NCBI RefSeq assembly: GCF_006345805.1
Contig: NC_042998.1
Coordinates: forward strand, 44,516,001-44,580,000
DNA length: 64,000 nt
Direction: 5' to 3'
From: Octopus sinensis
Taxonomy: Eukaryota
The notes under the pieces were generated by a model. It had not been told where the DNA came from. It made no database searches and was given only the letters and a program-made list of their open reading frames with translations. A program made the translations under genes and the position numbers. Numbering within the stretch: the first letter of the stretch is position 1; every line of letters begins with the position of its first letter. Positions 1 through 14,184 of the stretch are shown in pieces.

Positions 1-784
1 AGGCGGAAGGCAAATTAGCATGTTTAATAATACATGGTTTCTAAGTTATTAAGCTTGTCTAAACACAATGGTAAAGAAGGAAGAATCAAATGCATGAAGT
101 ATCTATCTTCTCAGTAACTAAGAAGAGAGGTGCTAAAACATTTTACAAATAGTCAATGGGGAAGGATCTTGCATATGTGTATTGTGACTTACCAAAAGAA
201 AGAAAGGGGGTAAAATAAGATGAGTTTAGCTGAAATCTGTTTGATTTATATGTCAACTGAATCAGGACTGAATTTGGGCTAAATGAAAACAAGAGTGAAC
301 ACCAGGCTCTAAACGCAGAATTTATTAAATTTGAATTCTGTTTACTACGGTATTACTAAAACTTAATTCGGTACAGTGCAGCCAGCAATCACTCATGGAA
401 GTATATTACTTGGTTGCATCAACGATGCTTTTGTAAATTGCTTTTAGATAGTTATACAGTCGCGAGTTGGCAGAGACAACTTCCCGGCCTCTCCACACGC
501 AACCCAGCGGAATATCCAGGATGTAACAGCTAGAGAGAGAGAGGGGTCGAGAGAGAAATGTAGGGGTGCGCGTGTGTGTGTGTTACAAAACCATTCTCTC
601 GATATTTGTCTTGTCGTCAATCCTTTCTGCAAAGGAGGCTATGCTCGAAGCATTAAAAACTCCAATTTTTCATGAGCGTTCAGTTAATACACCTTGTACA
701 TTTCGGCACATCTTAGTGCTTTGTTGTTGTCTTGAAATATATATATATGCATATATATATATATATGCATATATATATATATGC

Positions 785-816
<32 letters not shown>

Positions 817-944
817 ACAATATATATATATAGTAGTAACAGAGAAGAGGAATTTCGGTTGTCCCCACGTGGTGGGTTGTAATGTATATAAGAACTTAAA
901 AAAGGAAAATACGCACACTTACATGGTTTTGATATAATTCTTAA

Positions 945-981
945 TATATCGACAGGTTTCGCTATCGCTATTCATGATATA
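945..981 (-). ncRNA. Degenerate minimal type I hammerhead ribozyme motif
   Basis: Minus strand reads TATATC-ATGAATA-GC-GATA-GC-GAAAC-CT-GTC-GATATA: 6-bp helix I, 2-bp helix II, GAAAC, GUC site; core ATGAATA differs from CUGANGA at 2 positions. Confidence 0.5.
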
Positions 982-1116
982 ATGTTTAATTTATATGAAT
1001 ATATATCTTTTCTTGAGAAGAAATTTGGTCCATGTTGTTTGTGATGAAATTCACGAGTGAATGACTTTACAGTGAGTGACTTTACATATATATATATATA
1101 TATGTATGTATGTATG

Positions 1117-1273
<157 letters not shown>

Positions 1274-1639
1274 TAATATATATATATTCATATACGTATA
1301 CACACACAAACACACACACACATATACATACATACATACATACATACATACATACATACATACATACATACATACATACATACATACATACATACATAGG
1401 AGACAACCTGAAATGGCAGGGAATAATTTACAGCTGAGCAGATAATACAACATTAAATAATGTGCGGGGCGCAAGAACCGACAGAACAGTGCAACACCCA
1501 CTGTAGGAATCAGACCCAAGACGTAGATCTGAGTCGAGTACTGCAATCCATTAATGCACGCAACGTCCCTAAGCATAATTCCATGACAATCTTCAAAGAT
1601 TCCTTTGTCACTATACGTGATAATTGTTTATACATTACA

Positions 1640-1830
1640 TCATGATAGATCGTTAGCCACTACACACATTTTTTTCTCTCCTTGTTTCTCACCTTGTTTT
1701 TCTGTGTCCCTTTCTGTAGATGAGCGTAGGCTCGAAACGTAAAAGACTTTTTCTATTCCTGAGCGTTATACTAATACATGTTTGTTTTGTACACCACGTG
1801 TCTTCGTCTTTTGTTTTTTTTCGTAAACTC
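1640..1830 (+). mobile_element. Short PLE-terminus-like repeat carrying a hammerhead relic (related copies ~590-730, 42190-42360, 50330-50520)
   Basis: CTTT-CTGTAGA-T-GAGC-GTAG-GCTC-GAAAC-GTA-AAAG at 1710-1745; downstream GAGCGT...TAATAC and CACCAC..GTCTTCGTCTTTTG blocks shared with the 42.2-kb copy. Confidence 0.55.
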
Positions 1831-1878
1831 TTCCTACACATACATACATAAATATATATATATATTATATATATATAT

Positions 1879-1910
<32 letters not shown>

Positions 1911-2354
1911 ATAACTTTAGCGAGGGCCTCTCGCTTTTCCTTTTCTTTACTGGCAAAGTGTATGTATAGCTTGGACTTCAGGTTCGTCATTAAAAGTGAT
2001 GCAGCACGGATTTATATATATATATATATATATATACATATATACGTGTGTGTGTGAGTATGTATGTATGTATGTGTATGTATATGTATGTATATATATT
2101 TGTATGTGTGTATTTATGTATGTATGCATGTATGTATGCCTGTATATATGTCTGTATGGATTGACTGATGGAGGAATAGATGGAATAAATAGACAAATAT
2201 GCATGTATCCAAGCATACATGTTTATATAAATATACTTATACTCACACACACTTAGACACATACATACACACACACACTCACACACACAGATATATATAT
2301 ATATACATATATATATATACATATATATATATACCTATATATATATATATATAT

Positions 2355-2387
<33 letters not shown>

Positions 2388-2423
2388 GTATATATATATA
2401 TGTATATATATATATGTATAATA

Positions 2424-2489
<66 letters not shown>

Positions 2490-2494
2490 CACAC

Positions 2495-2565
<71 letters not shown>

Positions 2566-3209
2566 CATATACACAAACATAGATACTTACATATAAATTG
2601 ACACGGATTTTTATTGTTGTAAGCATGAAATCACCATGGTTATATATACATACATATACATGCATATATATATATATATATATATACATACATGCATAGA
2701 TGCATACTTACACACATACATGTGTGTTTATATACACATGTATATATGTATGTATGTATGCATATATATATACACACACACATATATATATATTACATAC
2801 ACATACACATACACACAAAGATAATGTCTTGATGCTGCATTATGTGCAGCAATAATAAGGGAAGCAGTAATGGTGCGGATACTTTTTTCTACGATGTAAT
2901 TACTTGCCTCTCAAAGCACCTGGCTTGCGTACAGTAACAATGAATGTGTATGTGTGAGCGCGTGTGTAATTGTGTATGAACATTTGTCCGTCGTGTCAGT
3001 ATTTTGAGATATAAATATATCTATCTATATATGTATATATATATATATATATGTATGTATATATATGTATACATATATGTATATCTCTCTCTATATATAT
3101 ATGTATATATGACACCAACGGCGGTGCATCTGTATGGCCGCAGCTCTGAGCTGCAGCTACAGAAAAAAAATGTATATATATGTGTGTGTGTGTGTGAGAG
3201 AGAGAGAGA

Positions 3210-3283
<74 letters not shown>

Positions 3284-3914
3284 TATATATAAACATTACC
3301 AAACTTATCAATACGTATGCATATGTGTGTATATATATATATATATATACACTCACATATATACATATATATATATATGCATATATACATACATACATGC
3401 ATACATACATATATGTGTCTGTATATGACTCTGCCCGTGTTTGTGCAACGCTGCCTTGTTTTCGTTTTTGTTTTGTTTTTGTTTGGTGTTGCAGTAATCG
3501 GCACATAGAAAAAAAAATTGAGAAGAAATAAGTACCAGTTGGTAGTGTCCATCAGTGAGAGAGAAACACGCATACACACGCACACACACGCACACACACG
3601 CTCGCGCACACACACACACACACACACTCATTAATTCACACACATACACACACAAAGAAAGGGAGAAAAAATTAGAGAGGGAGAGAAAGACAGAGAGAGA
3701 AAGGAAACAGTAACAAGGAAACAGCTACTGTAGGTAGTTCACTACATTATTGTTTGCAAGAAAGCATTGCGTTTCGTTTGTTACTATAGCGTTGTCCATG
3801 GCAACCGTGTGTATATTTGTTTCAAAGCTGTGTACCAAACAAGTAGAAACTATATGCGAAATACTCGGATACACAGAATAGATTTCTTCTCTGATATACC
3901 ATTGCTTTCTTCAG

Positions 3915-5203
<1,289 letters not shown>

Positions 5204-5497
5204 TCGGCCAAAGTCTTGTGAGTGGATTTGGTAGACGGAAACTGAAAGAAGTCCGTCGTATATATGTGTATATGTATGTGTGTGTGTATGTTTGGGTGTC
5301 TATTTGTCTCCCCAACATCGCTTGACAACCGATGCAGGTGTTGTACGTCCCCGTAACTTAGCGGTTCGGCAAAAGAGACCAATAGAATAAGTTCTAGGCT
5401 TACAAAAGAATATGTCCTGGGGTCGATTTGCTTGAGTAAAGGCGGTGCTCCAGCATGGCCGCAGTCAAATGACTGAAACAAGTAAAAGAGTAAAAGA
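5204..5497 (+). mobile_element. tRNA-derived SINE family A, 5'-truncated
   Basis: GTGAGTGGATTTGGTAGACGGAAACTGAAAGAAG...GGTGCTCCAGCATGGCCGCAGTCAAATGACTGAAACAAGTAAAAGAG, same as the full copy at 10800. Confidence 0.9.
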
Positions 5498-5499
5498 TT

Positions 5500-5667
<168 letters not shown>

Positions 5668-5679
5668 ATGAGGTAATTT

Positions 5680-5813
5680 CTCAGAATCATTAGCACGAAA
5701 TGCTTAGACGAAATGCTTAGCGGTATTTCGCTCGTCACTTTGTTCTGAGTTCAAATTCCGCCGAGGTTGACTTTGCTTTATATCCTTTCGGGGTCGATAA
5801 ATTAATTACCATT
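5680..5813 (+). mobile_element. SINE family B head (Meta-domain-like), partial
   Basis: AGAATCATTAGCACG...GTTCTGAGTTCAAATTCCGCCGAGGTTGACTTTGC...TCCTTTCGGGGTCGATAAATTA; B-box-like GAGTTCAAATTCC. Confidence 0.85.
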
Positions 5814-6303
5814 GATCCCGAAAGGATGAAAGGCAAATTCGACCTCGGCGGAATCTGAACTCTGAACGTAACGGCAGACGAAATACCTATTTCTTTATTA
5901 CCCACAAGGGGCTAAACACAGACGGGACAAACAAGGACAGACAAACGGATAAAGTCGATTACATTGACCCCAGTGCGTAGCTGGTTCTTATTTAATTGAC
6001 CCCGAAAGGATGAAAGGCAAAGTCGACCTCGGCGAAATTTGAACTCAGAACGTAGCGGCAGACGAAATACCTATTTCTTTACTACCCACAAGGGGCTAAA
6101 TACAGAGAGGACAAACAAGGACAGACAAACGGATTAAGTCGATTATATCAATCCCAGTGCGTAACTGGTACTTAATGTATCGACCCCGAAAGGATGAAAG
6201 GCAAAATCGACCTCGGCGGAATTTGAACCCAGAACGTAACGGCAGAGGAAATACCGCTAAGCATTTCGCCCGGTGTGCTAATGTTTCTGCCAGCTCGCCG
6301 CCT
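5814..6303 (-). mobile_element. SINE family B with tandemly repeated 184-bp body (head + ~2.7 units)
   Basis: CCCGAAAGGATGAAAGGC recurs at 5817, 6001, 6185 (period 184); head GGCGGCGAGCTGGCAG on minus strand at ~6300. Confidence 0.9.
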
Positions 6304-6309
6304 TTAGTA

Positions 6310-7510
6310 TATCTTCCATTGTTATAGTTTACAGTGTGGGATTGCTGTATACAATTGTTGAATTAGTTATTAAATTTTATGCTTTGTTGGCGTGTTTTGG
6401 AGAGATCGCGCTGATTGTTTCTCATTTCGTTGATTGCTTCTCATTGTGGGAGGAAAGTCGTATTGTCGATCTTGAAGTAGTTGTTTTTTATTTCATTTCT
6501 AAGTTTAGTGAAGTACCCATGCCGCTGGTCTGAAGATAATTAATAAATATTTCTCCGTTGTACAACTGCCTCTGTATGTGGGTTTGATTTTCTTTTCTTC
6601 AGAAACAGGTGGTCGGAAATGTGATCCTTTTTTGAAGTCGGTTTCGTAATTTGCAAACCAGCGTTTGTTTCTCAACGTTGAAGAAAATTCCATCTTTCGT
6701 TTACGCATTCGTCTTTCCATTGTTTTGAGATATTTTTAAGGTTCAGACTCCTTACTATTTTACCGAATTATATGTGAATTACTTGATCAATTGGTTTGAA
6801 ATTTTCCTAGGTAGAATGATCTCTTAATTTTAGCTCTTCGATATCCACCCTCCATGTTTTTGGTGCCACTTTTCCCTTTGGGTGTCTTTGCGCTTCTGAT
6901 TGTTCTGGGATGGGCTTTATGTGGAGAATACAAGATAGGATTATAAATTCTGTGTTTAGCAATTTTTCGTTTATATCGACTTTGTTATTGATTTGAATCA
7001 TTTTTCAAAAGGCAAATTTTCTGTTGGTAAGAGATTTTATCTTTTATCTACTTGGGTACTATGTTTCTTCTTTCAGTATGTTGTTCTGCGGGATTCAAAA
7101 TATGCACCTCGTGGTATTATTGATCTTGCTTAGATTTTGTCTCAATGAATTTTTCTTATAGTTTTGCATAATTTTCTTATGCTTTGGTATTTTTTTTCTC
7201 ACTTCCATTTCCACATTGTTTTCTCGGGTAGAACCATGGGTTTCGATCGAACCTCTTGATTATCTGTATGAATAAATAAAATGAATGTTTAGTTCTTTTA
7301 AGAATTCTTCATTTTTAAAATCGATGTATCCGTTTCTGTTGGCATTTTCAATTCTACGTATGATATATGACATTAAAAAGGTTAAGAGGATACACACAAG
7401 TAAATTTTTATTAAAATCAAACAGAAAATATTTTGTAAAGTTTATGATTGAATAAAAAGCAAAAAAGGAAGTATACACATCTTTCTCGAAGTATGTCCCC
7501 AGTTTCAATT
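6310..7510 (-). mobile_element. Probable degraded Penelope-like element segment (ORF C-terminus / hammerhead relic / ORF N-terminus)
   Basis: Peptides ERRMRKRK..F, TDFKKGSHFRPP, EAINEMRNN../ISPKHANK resemble PLE N-terminal RRxRL/KSxFxPP/IIKPADKG motifs; relic ATCAAGA-GGT-TCG-ATC-GAAAC-CCATG-GTT at ~7226-7262. Confidence 0.4.
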
Positions 7511-7565
7511 GTATTTAAGCAATTTAGTCAGGCTCTAAGAGAAGAAAGAATATACTAAAATAAAC

Positions 7566-7646
<81 letters not shown>

Positions 7647-7684
7647 TAATAATAATAATAAAATAATAATAATAATAATAATAA

Positions 7685-7764
7685 AATCACAGCACATACC
7701 CAAGGCACACAGAGCTGTGCTCGGTAGTGAAGTGAAAGCATGCTATAAAAATAAAACTACTGAA
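7685..7764 (+). mobile_element. ~80-bp 3'-UTR stub of R4/Dong family A inside a (TAA)n array
   Basis: AATCACAGCACATACCCAAGGCACACAGAGCTGTGCTCGGTAGTGAAGTGAAAGCATGCTATAAAAATAAAACTACTGAA is the reverse complement of 27067-27146; (TAA)n on both sides (7600-7684, 7765-7780). Confidence 0.92.
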
Positions 7765-8032
7765 TAATAATAATAATAATTTCGGTTTGGGGCAAATGGT
7801 ACACCTAAGTATATTTTCACAAAATATTTTGCAAAATGCAATATTTTTCAGTCCTCTAGATTCTGGGTTCAAATTCTACCAGTGTCAGATTTGTTATTCA
7901 TTAGTGCCGAGCCCCAACAGATTAAATTCAAATCTTATGATTGTTCAGGGATGCACTCAGGGTTACTTCTAATTTTCTAAGTTTTGGGTTTGTTTTGTAA
8001 TTTCGTGTTCTATTTGTTTTTGTTGCATGTAT

Positions 8033-8464
8033 TACTCTTTTACTTGTTTCAGTCATTTGACTGCGGCCATGGTGGAGCACCACCTTTAGTCGAGAAAATC
8101 GACGCCAGGACTTATTCTTTGTAAGCCCAGTACTTATTCTATCGGCCTTTTTTGCTGAACCGCTAAGTTACGGGAACGTAAACACACCACCATCGGTTAT
8201 CAAGCGATGTTGGGGGACAAACACAGACACACAAACACACACACATATATATATATATATATACACGACGGGCTTCTTTCAGTTTCCGCCTACCAAATCC
8301 ACTCACAAGGCTTTGGTCGGCCTGAGGCTATATAGTAGAAGACACTTGCTCAAGGTGCCACGCTGTGGGAATGAACCCGGAACCATGTGGCTAGTAAGCA
8401 AGCTACTTACCAAACAGCCACCCCTGCGTCTTAACTACTTACCACACATCCACTCCTGCGTCTT
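8033..8464 (-). mobile_element. SINE family A, full length, with duplicated 5' head
   Basis: Reverse complement of the 10800 copy; ~31-bp head motif CTACTTACCA...CCTGCGTCTT present twice (8403-8464). Confidence 0.92.
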
Positions 8465-8699
8465 ATATATTTTTTTATTTTTATAACGAGCGGGTGGTCT
8501 CATGTAGAACGATGTGTGTTGCGCAGCTTAGATTAGTAGTTATATGTAGTTGTTGAGATATTTTCTACTGTCTCATGTTGTGAACCTACTTATGGCATTT
8601 ATGCTTCGTTCAATGTATTCTGATTTTTTTTTCATCATTTCAAAAGCACTAATTACTCTACTGCTAACGTTTCACATAGAAAATATGTTTCGTTTCAAT

Positions 8700-9620
8700 T
8701 AAACTATCATTGTATTTCCATGGCTTCTGACTACTTCCAGGCAATATTCCAGTTCGAAAATTTCAACATGCTTATTATTGTGTTTATATCACGCTTTCTT
8801 TCCCATTATGTTATCTAGGTGCGTCGCTCGTATTAATCTTCGTGTTACTCTGGACAAGTATGTTCTTGAGTATTGTAGATCTATTATTAGCAGGATTTTG
8901 GTGCGCATTTATAGTTTTATTTTCTCTTTCATGAAGATATTTTGTAAACCAATGAGTAAGGCTATCTGCTCGGTGATATTTCTTTACATATTGTATTTCT
9001 TCTTCGTGAGATGACTGATTGTCTCTTTATACCCATCGCCGAGTCTGCAATTGATACTACCGTCTTGTTTAATGACAGTTTTGCTAACCTGTATGTCTCG
9101 GCATTGATCTTGGTAGTTAAAAATTCAACCTGTCGTTTGTAGCTTTATTATAAAACAGTTAGGCAATTATTGATTTTCCCACCTGTAACTCTCTGGTCTT
9201 GGAGGTTACTGAGAGTTAAGCGATTTCTCTCAGCTTCTTTAATAAGCTTTGTTGATCAACTTCCATTTAACCATTTGTTTATTGTTTAACTACAACTTTT
9301 TTTTCTCTTCGGGTTTGTTATTAACTTCATGTTTAACTAAAGATAAACATTGCTTACTTGTCTGTGCTGCTATTTTGTAACGATACTAATCAGTCTATCA
9401 TTTTACTTGCCAGTAGATCTAGTTATGGTCACGTTATAATAGTCACCATGTCCATTCCTGCTTATGTGCTTGGTAGGTAAATTCTGTCTATACGAGGTAT
9501 GGTTGACACGGCTACGAATACAGTAGCTAGTTCTTTTGTTCTTTTTAGGTTTTCCTAACATTTTAATTTGGAATCGATGACTATTATAGGAAATATATTT
9601 GTTGCATTTCTAAGTCTTTT
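8700..9620 (-). mobile_element. Old, heavily degraded R4/Dong-clade fragment
   Basis: Minus-strand fragments IDRIYLP (cf. ERLYLP), YQDQ, NCRLGDGYKETISHL (zinc-knuckle region), KILLIDL in collinear order, with many stops and frameshifts. Confidence 0.5.
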
Positions 9621-9930
9621 GTAAACTGTTTTGGATCTACTGTAGTACATGTTTTTTTTTTCTTTTCATTCACATTTTTACCGGTTTAACTAACCCCTGC
9701 ATACTTGTGCATATGCATATCATTAACTTTAGGTAGAGATATACAGCGAGTTATAATTAATATGGTAATTCACTAAATTTATTTGGCACGTGTCAGATCC
9801 CATATCTCCTTGATTAACTGAAACAATATGCAAATTTAATAGAGTCCTTACCTAGTTTCTTTTTTTTTTTTGCATATAGTTTATATCCTCTCTGTAGTAG
9901 AGGTGTATATATTTCGTCCCTCTCTATAGA

Positions 9931-9998
<68 letters not shown>

Positions 9999-10799
9999 CA
10001 GCCCTGTTTATAGTAGTGATATATATATATATTTCGTTCATTGTTTCATTATGGAGTCGATTATAATCGAGAAGCTAGGAATAGACAAAATAGCAGTGAA
10101 AACATTGACTGTCGCTGAAAATCTCTTTTCCTGTTGCTAGAGCTGGTTTGTACTCTCTTGCCTCTATTTAAAGTTTCTTCCATGTTATCCTTTTGCATAT
10201 AATCATAGAGTGATTGACAATATTGACTTAATGCCAGGACTACTCTCTTTCGTATAGAGTCCACTGCAGTGAAGCTTTGTGCATTTGCAGTTCAAATTTC
10301 GTCCCATCATCGAATGATAAAAGAGTAACATTTCCATCGGAAGATACGATCGACTGACTGCATCAGCAATTTGAAAACCGAATGGAAACAATTGTTCCAT
10401 AGGAAGTGTGACTACCACCTTAACACATGTGTACACGTGAGTGTGTGTGTGTGTGTGTGTGTGTGTTAATGTGTGTATATATACACGCTTATGCTTATAT
10501 GCGCGCACAAACATATGCCCACACATATATAATGCATACATGCGCGCGCGTGAGTATGTGTGTTTGTTTATTTAAATAAAAAATGTTGAGTTTACTGAAA
10601 CTGTTCTTCATCATATCACAAGCCCGATACTCTCTCTGATCTTGTAAGGTCCTGTATTCCTGATATTTATACTAACCTTGTGGAGAGTTTGTATGTCAGA
10701 TATTTGCATATTGTTACTAAGGTATTTATCGGTTTGGAAAATGTTGAGATACCTGGAGTTTTTGTTAAAGGGAATTAATATTCCCTTTATATTAATATT

Positions 10800-10973
10800 A
10801 GGCGCAGGAGTGGCTGTGTGGTAAGTAGCTTGTTTACCAGCCACATGGTTCTGGGTTCAGTCCCACAGCGTGGCACCTTGAGCAAGTATCTTCTGCTACA
10901 GCCTCGGGCCGACCAAAGCCTTATGAGTGGATATGGTAGACGGAAAACTGAAAGAAGCCCGTCGTATATATGT

Positions 10974-11017
<44 letters not shown>

Positions 11018-11244
11018 GTGTGTGTGTGTGTGTGTGTGTTTGTCCCCATAGCATTGCTTGACAACCGATGCTGGTGTGTTTATGTCCCCGTTACTTAGCG
11101 GTTCGGCAAAAGGGACCGATAGAATAAGTACTGGGCTTACAAAATAATAAGTCCTGGGGTCGAGTTGCTCGATTAAAGGCCGTGCTCCAGCATGGCCGCA
11201 ATCAAATGACTGAAACAAATAAAAGAGTAAAGAGTAAAAGAGTA
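10800..11244 (+). mobile_element. SINE family A, full-length reference copy (tRNA-like head, CORE-like GCACCTTGAGCAAGT motif, internal TA/TG tract)
   Basis: A-box-like TGGCTGTGTGG, B-box-like GGTTCAGTCCC, tail (AAAGAGT)n. Confidence 0.93.
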
Positions 11245-11713
11245 TTCCCTCGCCCCCAGCCAGGTCTGTCCCTTAATTTATTGGTTGACAAATCACTTGT
11301 CAAGGAATGGCACTCATACTCATCTCCTATCCAATTTGGCTGAAGCGGCTTGTCAATTAGATCGGTTCGTTAAGATTGGTCTAGAACCCAGACAACTGAG
11401 GAAAACCACAAGAAAATAGGTATGTCAGCTAAAAGTAGCCCAAGGTAGTGGTAGCGAAAATAAATCGCAAATGAAAAGTCTCCCATAGGTGAAGACTAAT
11501 TCGGTTCTCGCTGCCCCACGCAGTCGAAGCATACAGGCAAAAGGACGAAAAATGTGCGACTCTAATATATCTGCTGATGATTGAAAAGGGTTTGTGGCAC
11601 GGTAATGGATTCAGATGAGGGTCTTACAGTACTTCTGAGTATCTCCCACAATTTCTGCGTGGGTAAAGCATCTCCTATATTTATTTCATCTTAGTACATT
11701 ACGATTATCATTT

Positions 11714-11918
11714 AGGCGGCGAGCTAGCAGAATCGATAGTACGCCGGGCAAAATCCTTAGCGGAATTTCGTCCGTCTTTTACGCTTGGAGTTCAAATTCT
11801 GCTCAGGTTGATTTTGCCTTTTAGTCTTTTAGGATCGATAATATAATTATCACTTGAAAGCAACGCCTCCCCACTCCCGAAATTGCTGGCTTTGTGCCAA
11901 AATTTGAAATCAATATTA
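11714..11918 (+). mobile_element. SINE family B, variant with alternative 3' tail (AATTGCTGGCTTTGTGCCAAAATTTGAAATC)
   Basis: GGCGGCGAGCTAGCAGAATCG head, GAGTTCAAATTC B box; same tail as copies at 17852, 21790, 40299, 44491. Confidence 0.85.
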
Positions 11919-13944
11919 ATTTACAAGCTTAAAGAGATAACTTTGATTTCATCACAACTTCAAGCCTTACACATACAAGTGGACATAAATGTATTATGAA
12001 ATTCCTCTGTTGCTGCATTTGACCATGCCTGTGGTGCTACATTGTAATATCCCCGCTCTTTCTTAATCCTTCGTTTTTATTGTGTTCTATATGTTCCCTG
12101 TAAATAAATCCCCAATACAACTTGGGAGCTTTTGTTGTTTGTACCTTTCACCTTTATAATGGGTTTCTATTCTGTTAATGGAAAACGCTTTGCATTTTTC
12201 TTCTTTTTTTTTATCAGCATCATATCCGATATGTTCAAGCCTGTATCAGTTTTTTCTTTTCGTCAGTATTCTATCGTTTCCAGGATCACTTCAATTTTTC
12301 CCAATATTATGTTTCCATAACTTTTCGCTTCCTTTTCTTTATCATATCATACTCATTCCTTTGCATCTTGCCAAGTAAAGTAAACACTTTTTATTTTACG
12401 TTGATCCTCCTGTCTTTTATAATTTCCTTCAGCAGTTTTTTGTTAAGTTTGAGATAAACGTATAGAGATTGCTCAGTAAGGGTCGAGCACAGTTTTATGA
12501 TACAGCTAGTTATTGAATAAATTTGGTTATCGATTGTATTAATATCTTGGAGTGCCAGCTAGCATTGGAATTTTTCAACAGAACTATATGGAGTTTTTGC
12601 CTTTTGATTGCATGAATAATCTTTATTTAATCGAAACTTTTTAACTGTATTACTATATTACATCTGTAAGACCCTATTACTTTTCGTAAGCAGAACGCTC
12701 CTTGAAGCGTTTTATCTCAGCCAGTTTGTTGATATTCACAACCGGGGTCACAAACATTACCATGCTTCCTATATATACTGGTTATTTCTTGCCAACTTAG
12801 TAGCTATTGCTTCGTTAGGAAGATCACATAAGACAGAAATGTGCCCATTATATTCAACAGCAATATTTAAAGACAAACATCACTGCATTCTGAATAGCCT
12901 TCATATTCTAAACAATAGTTGATTTTATTGAAGTTATCTTCCGTGGATGTTACTTTATCGTACAATAGACAACTTTTCTTTTGTCTACTAACCACTTGAG
13001 TAACCGTCATTAATCAAACATTTTCAATTCAATACCATACATATGTAAGCTCACAATCTTTAGTTAATATGCAGAGGCACTTTCCAATTGTATTTTAATA
13101 TGCAATGTTACTTTCCCTATTAAGCTATACGTATGTCCGAAAGGAGATTCTATCGCAAGGCGATGATTAATATTCTTCTGCCCATTTTTTTTTTACTTTG
13201 TGTATTCAGCTATTTTGTGTTTTTGATCTGATGTGATGTGTGCAATAATGTTTGTTGCTCTTGTGTAACACCAAAAGTATAATTTTGCTTTGGTTGTTTC
13301 TGTACTACTCTAAGCGATATTTAGATTTGGTTTGGATCTAATCAAGATGGCTATGTCCAATGGCTTTTCTGAAGTAAACATTTGGCATTTGTGTCAAAGC
13401 AATATTCTATGATACACAGAGACCCAGCTGTGATTCTCATCACATTGTTTTGACAGGGATTGACAGGTAGTTTCCTTTCTTTCTGGTGGTTATAATGAAA
13501 CACGTGGTGAAAAAGGCTAACGGAAATAAGGACAGGGTTTTTCTACGAGCATTGAATTTCTCAACTACAAATTAAATAAGAAAACAAGGTCACAGAATAA
13601 GGGCCAACCTCCAGTAAAATCTTTGAAAGATGGCTAATACAGGAGAGTAATGCCTGGTTGAATGGACCTGCTCTGAACATACAGCGGAGGTCAGAGGGAA
13701 GAGCAGGATGGAAAATATTTTTGATGTGGGACCTGCGAGGATTTGTGAAATATTACTTGGGAAATTAAAGCTTGGAGACATACTCTAGGCATCGCTTGCT
13801 TATGCAATCAATAGTATATATAGGTGTGTATATATTGTGAAAGGAAGAAGAAAACAACATAGATCAATACAATGTAGGCAATAGAATGCGGAACACATGG
13901 TTTTTTTAGGCAAAGCAACTAACTTATAAACACCTTCCAGGCTG

Positions 13945-14028
<84 letters not shown>

Positions 14029-14184
14029 CAGAGATACACAGACAGGTTTTTGTGATGTCTTTTATTAATATCTTTACTCACTTCACTAATCGAATACTCT
14101 ACTAGTATTCACATACTCTATTAGTACTCACATACACCACCCCCTACACACACATATATGCCAAACAAAAGTAAATCTGCCTTG

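Noticed and set aside
5814-6303. Regular repeats as a CRISPR array
   Set aside because: Whole 184-bp units are repeated with no unique spacers, the sequence is SINE-derived, and the context is eukaryotic with no cas genes
10200-10400. IADAVSRSYLP resembling Gypsy RNase H C-terminus; RVTF motif on the other strand
   Set aside because: Isolated short matches with no flanking domain motifs in any frame
12050-13800. Possible ancient RTE-like LINE debris (CARPLL, KGNY, EGRAGWK-like words)
   Set aside because: Similarity too fragmentary to support by eye; needs a TBLASTX/HMM search
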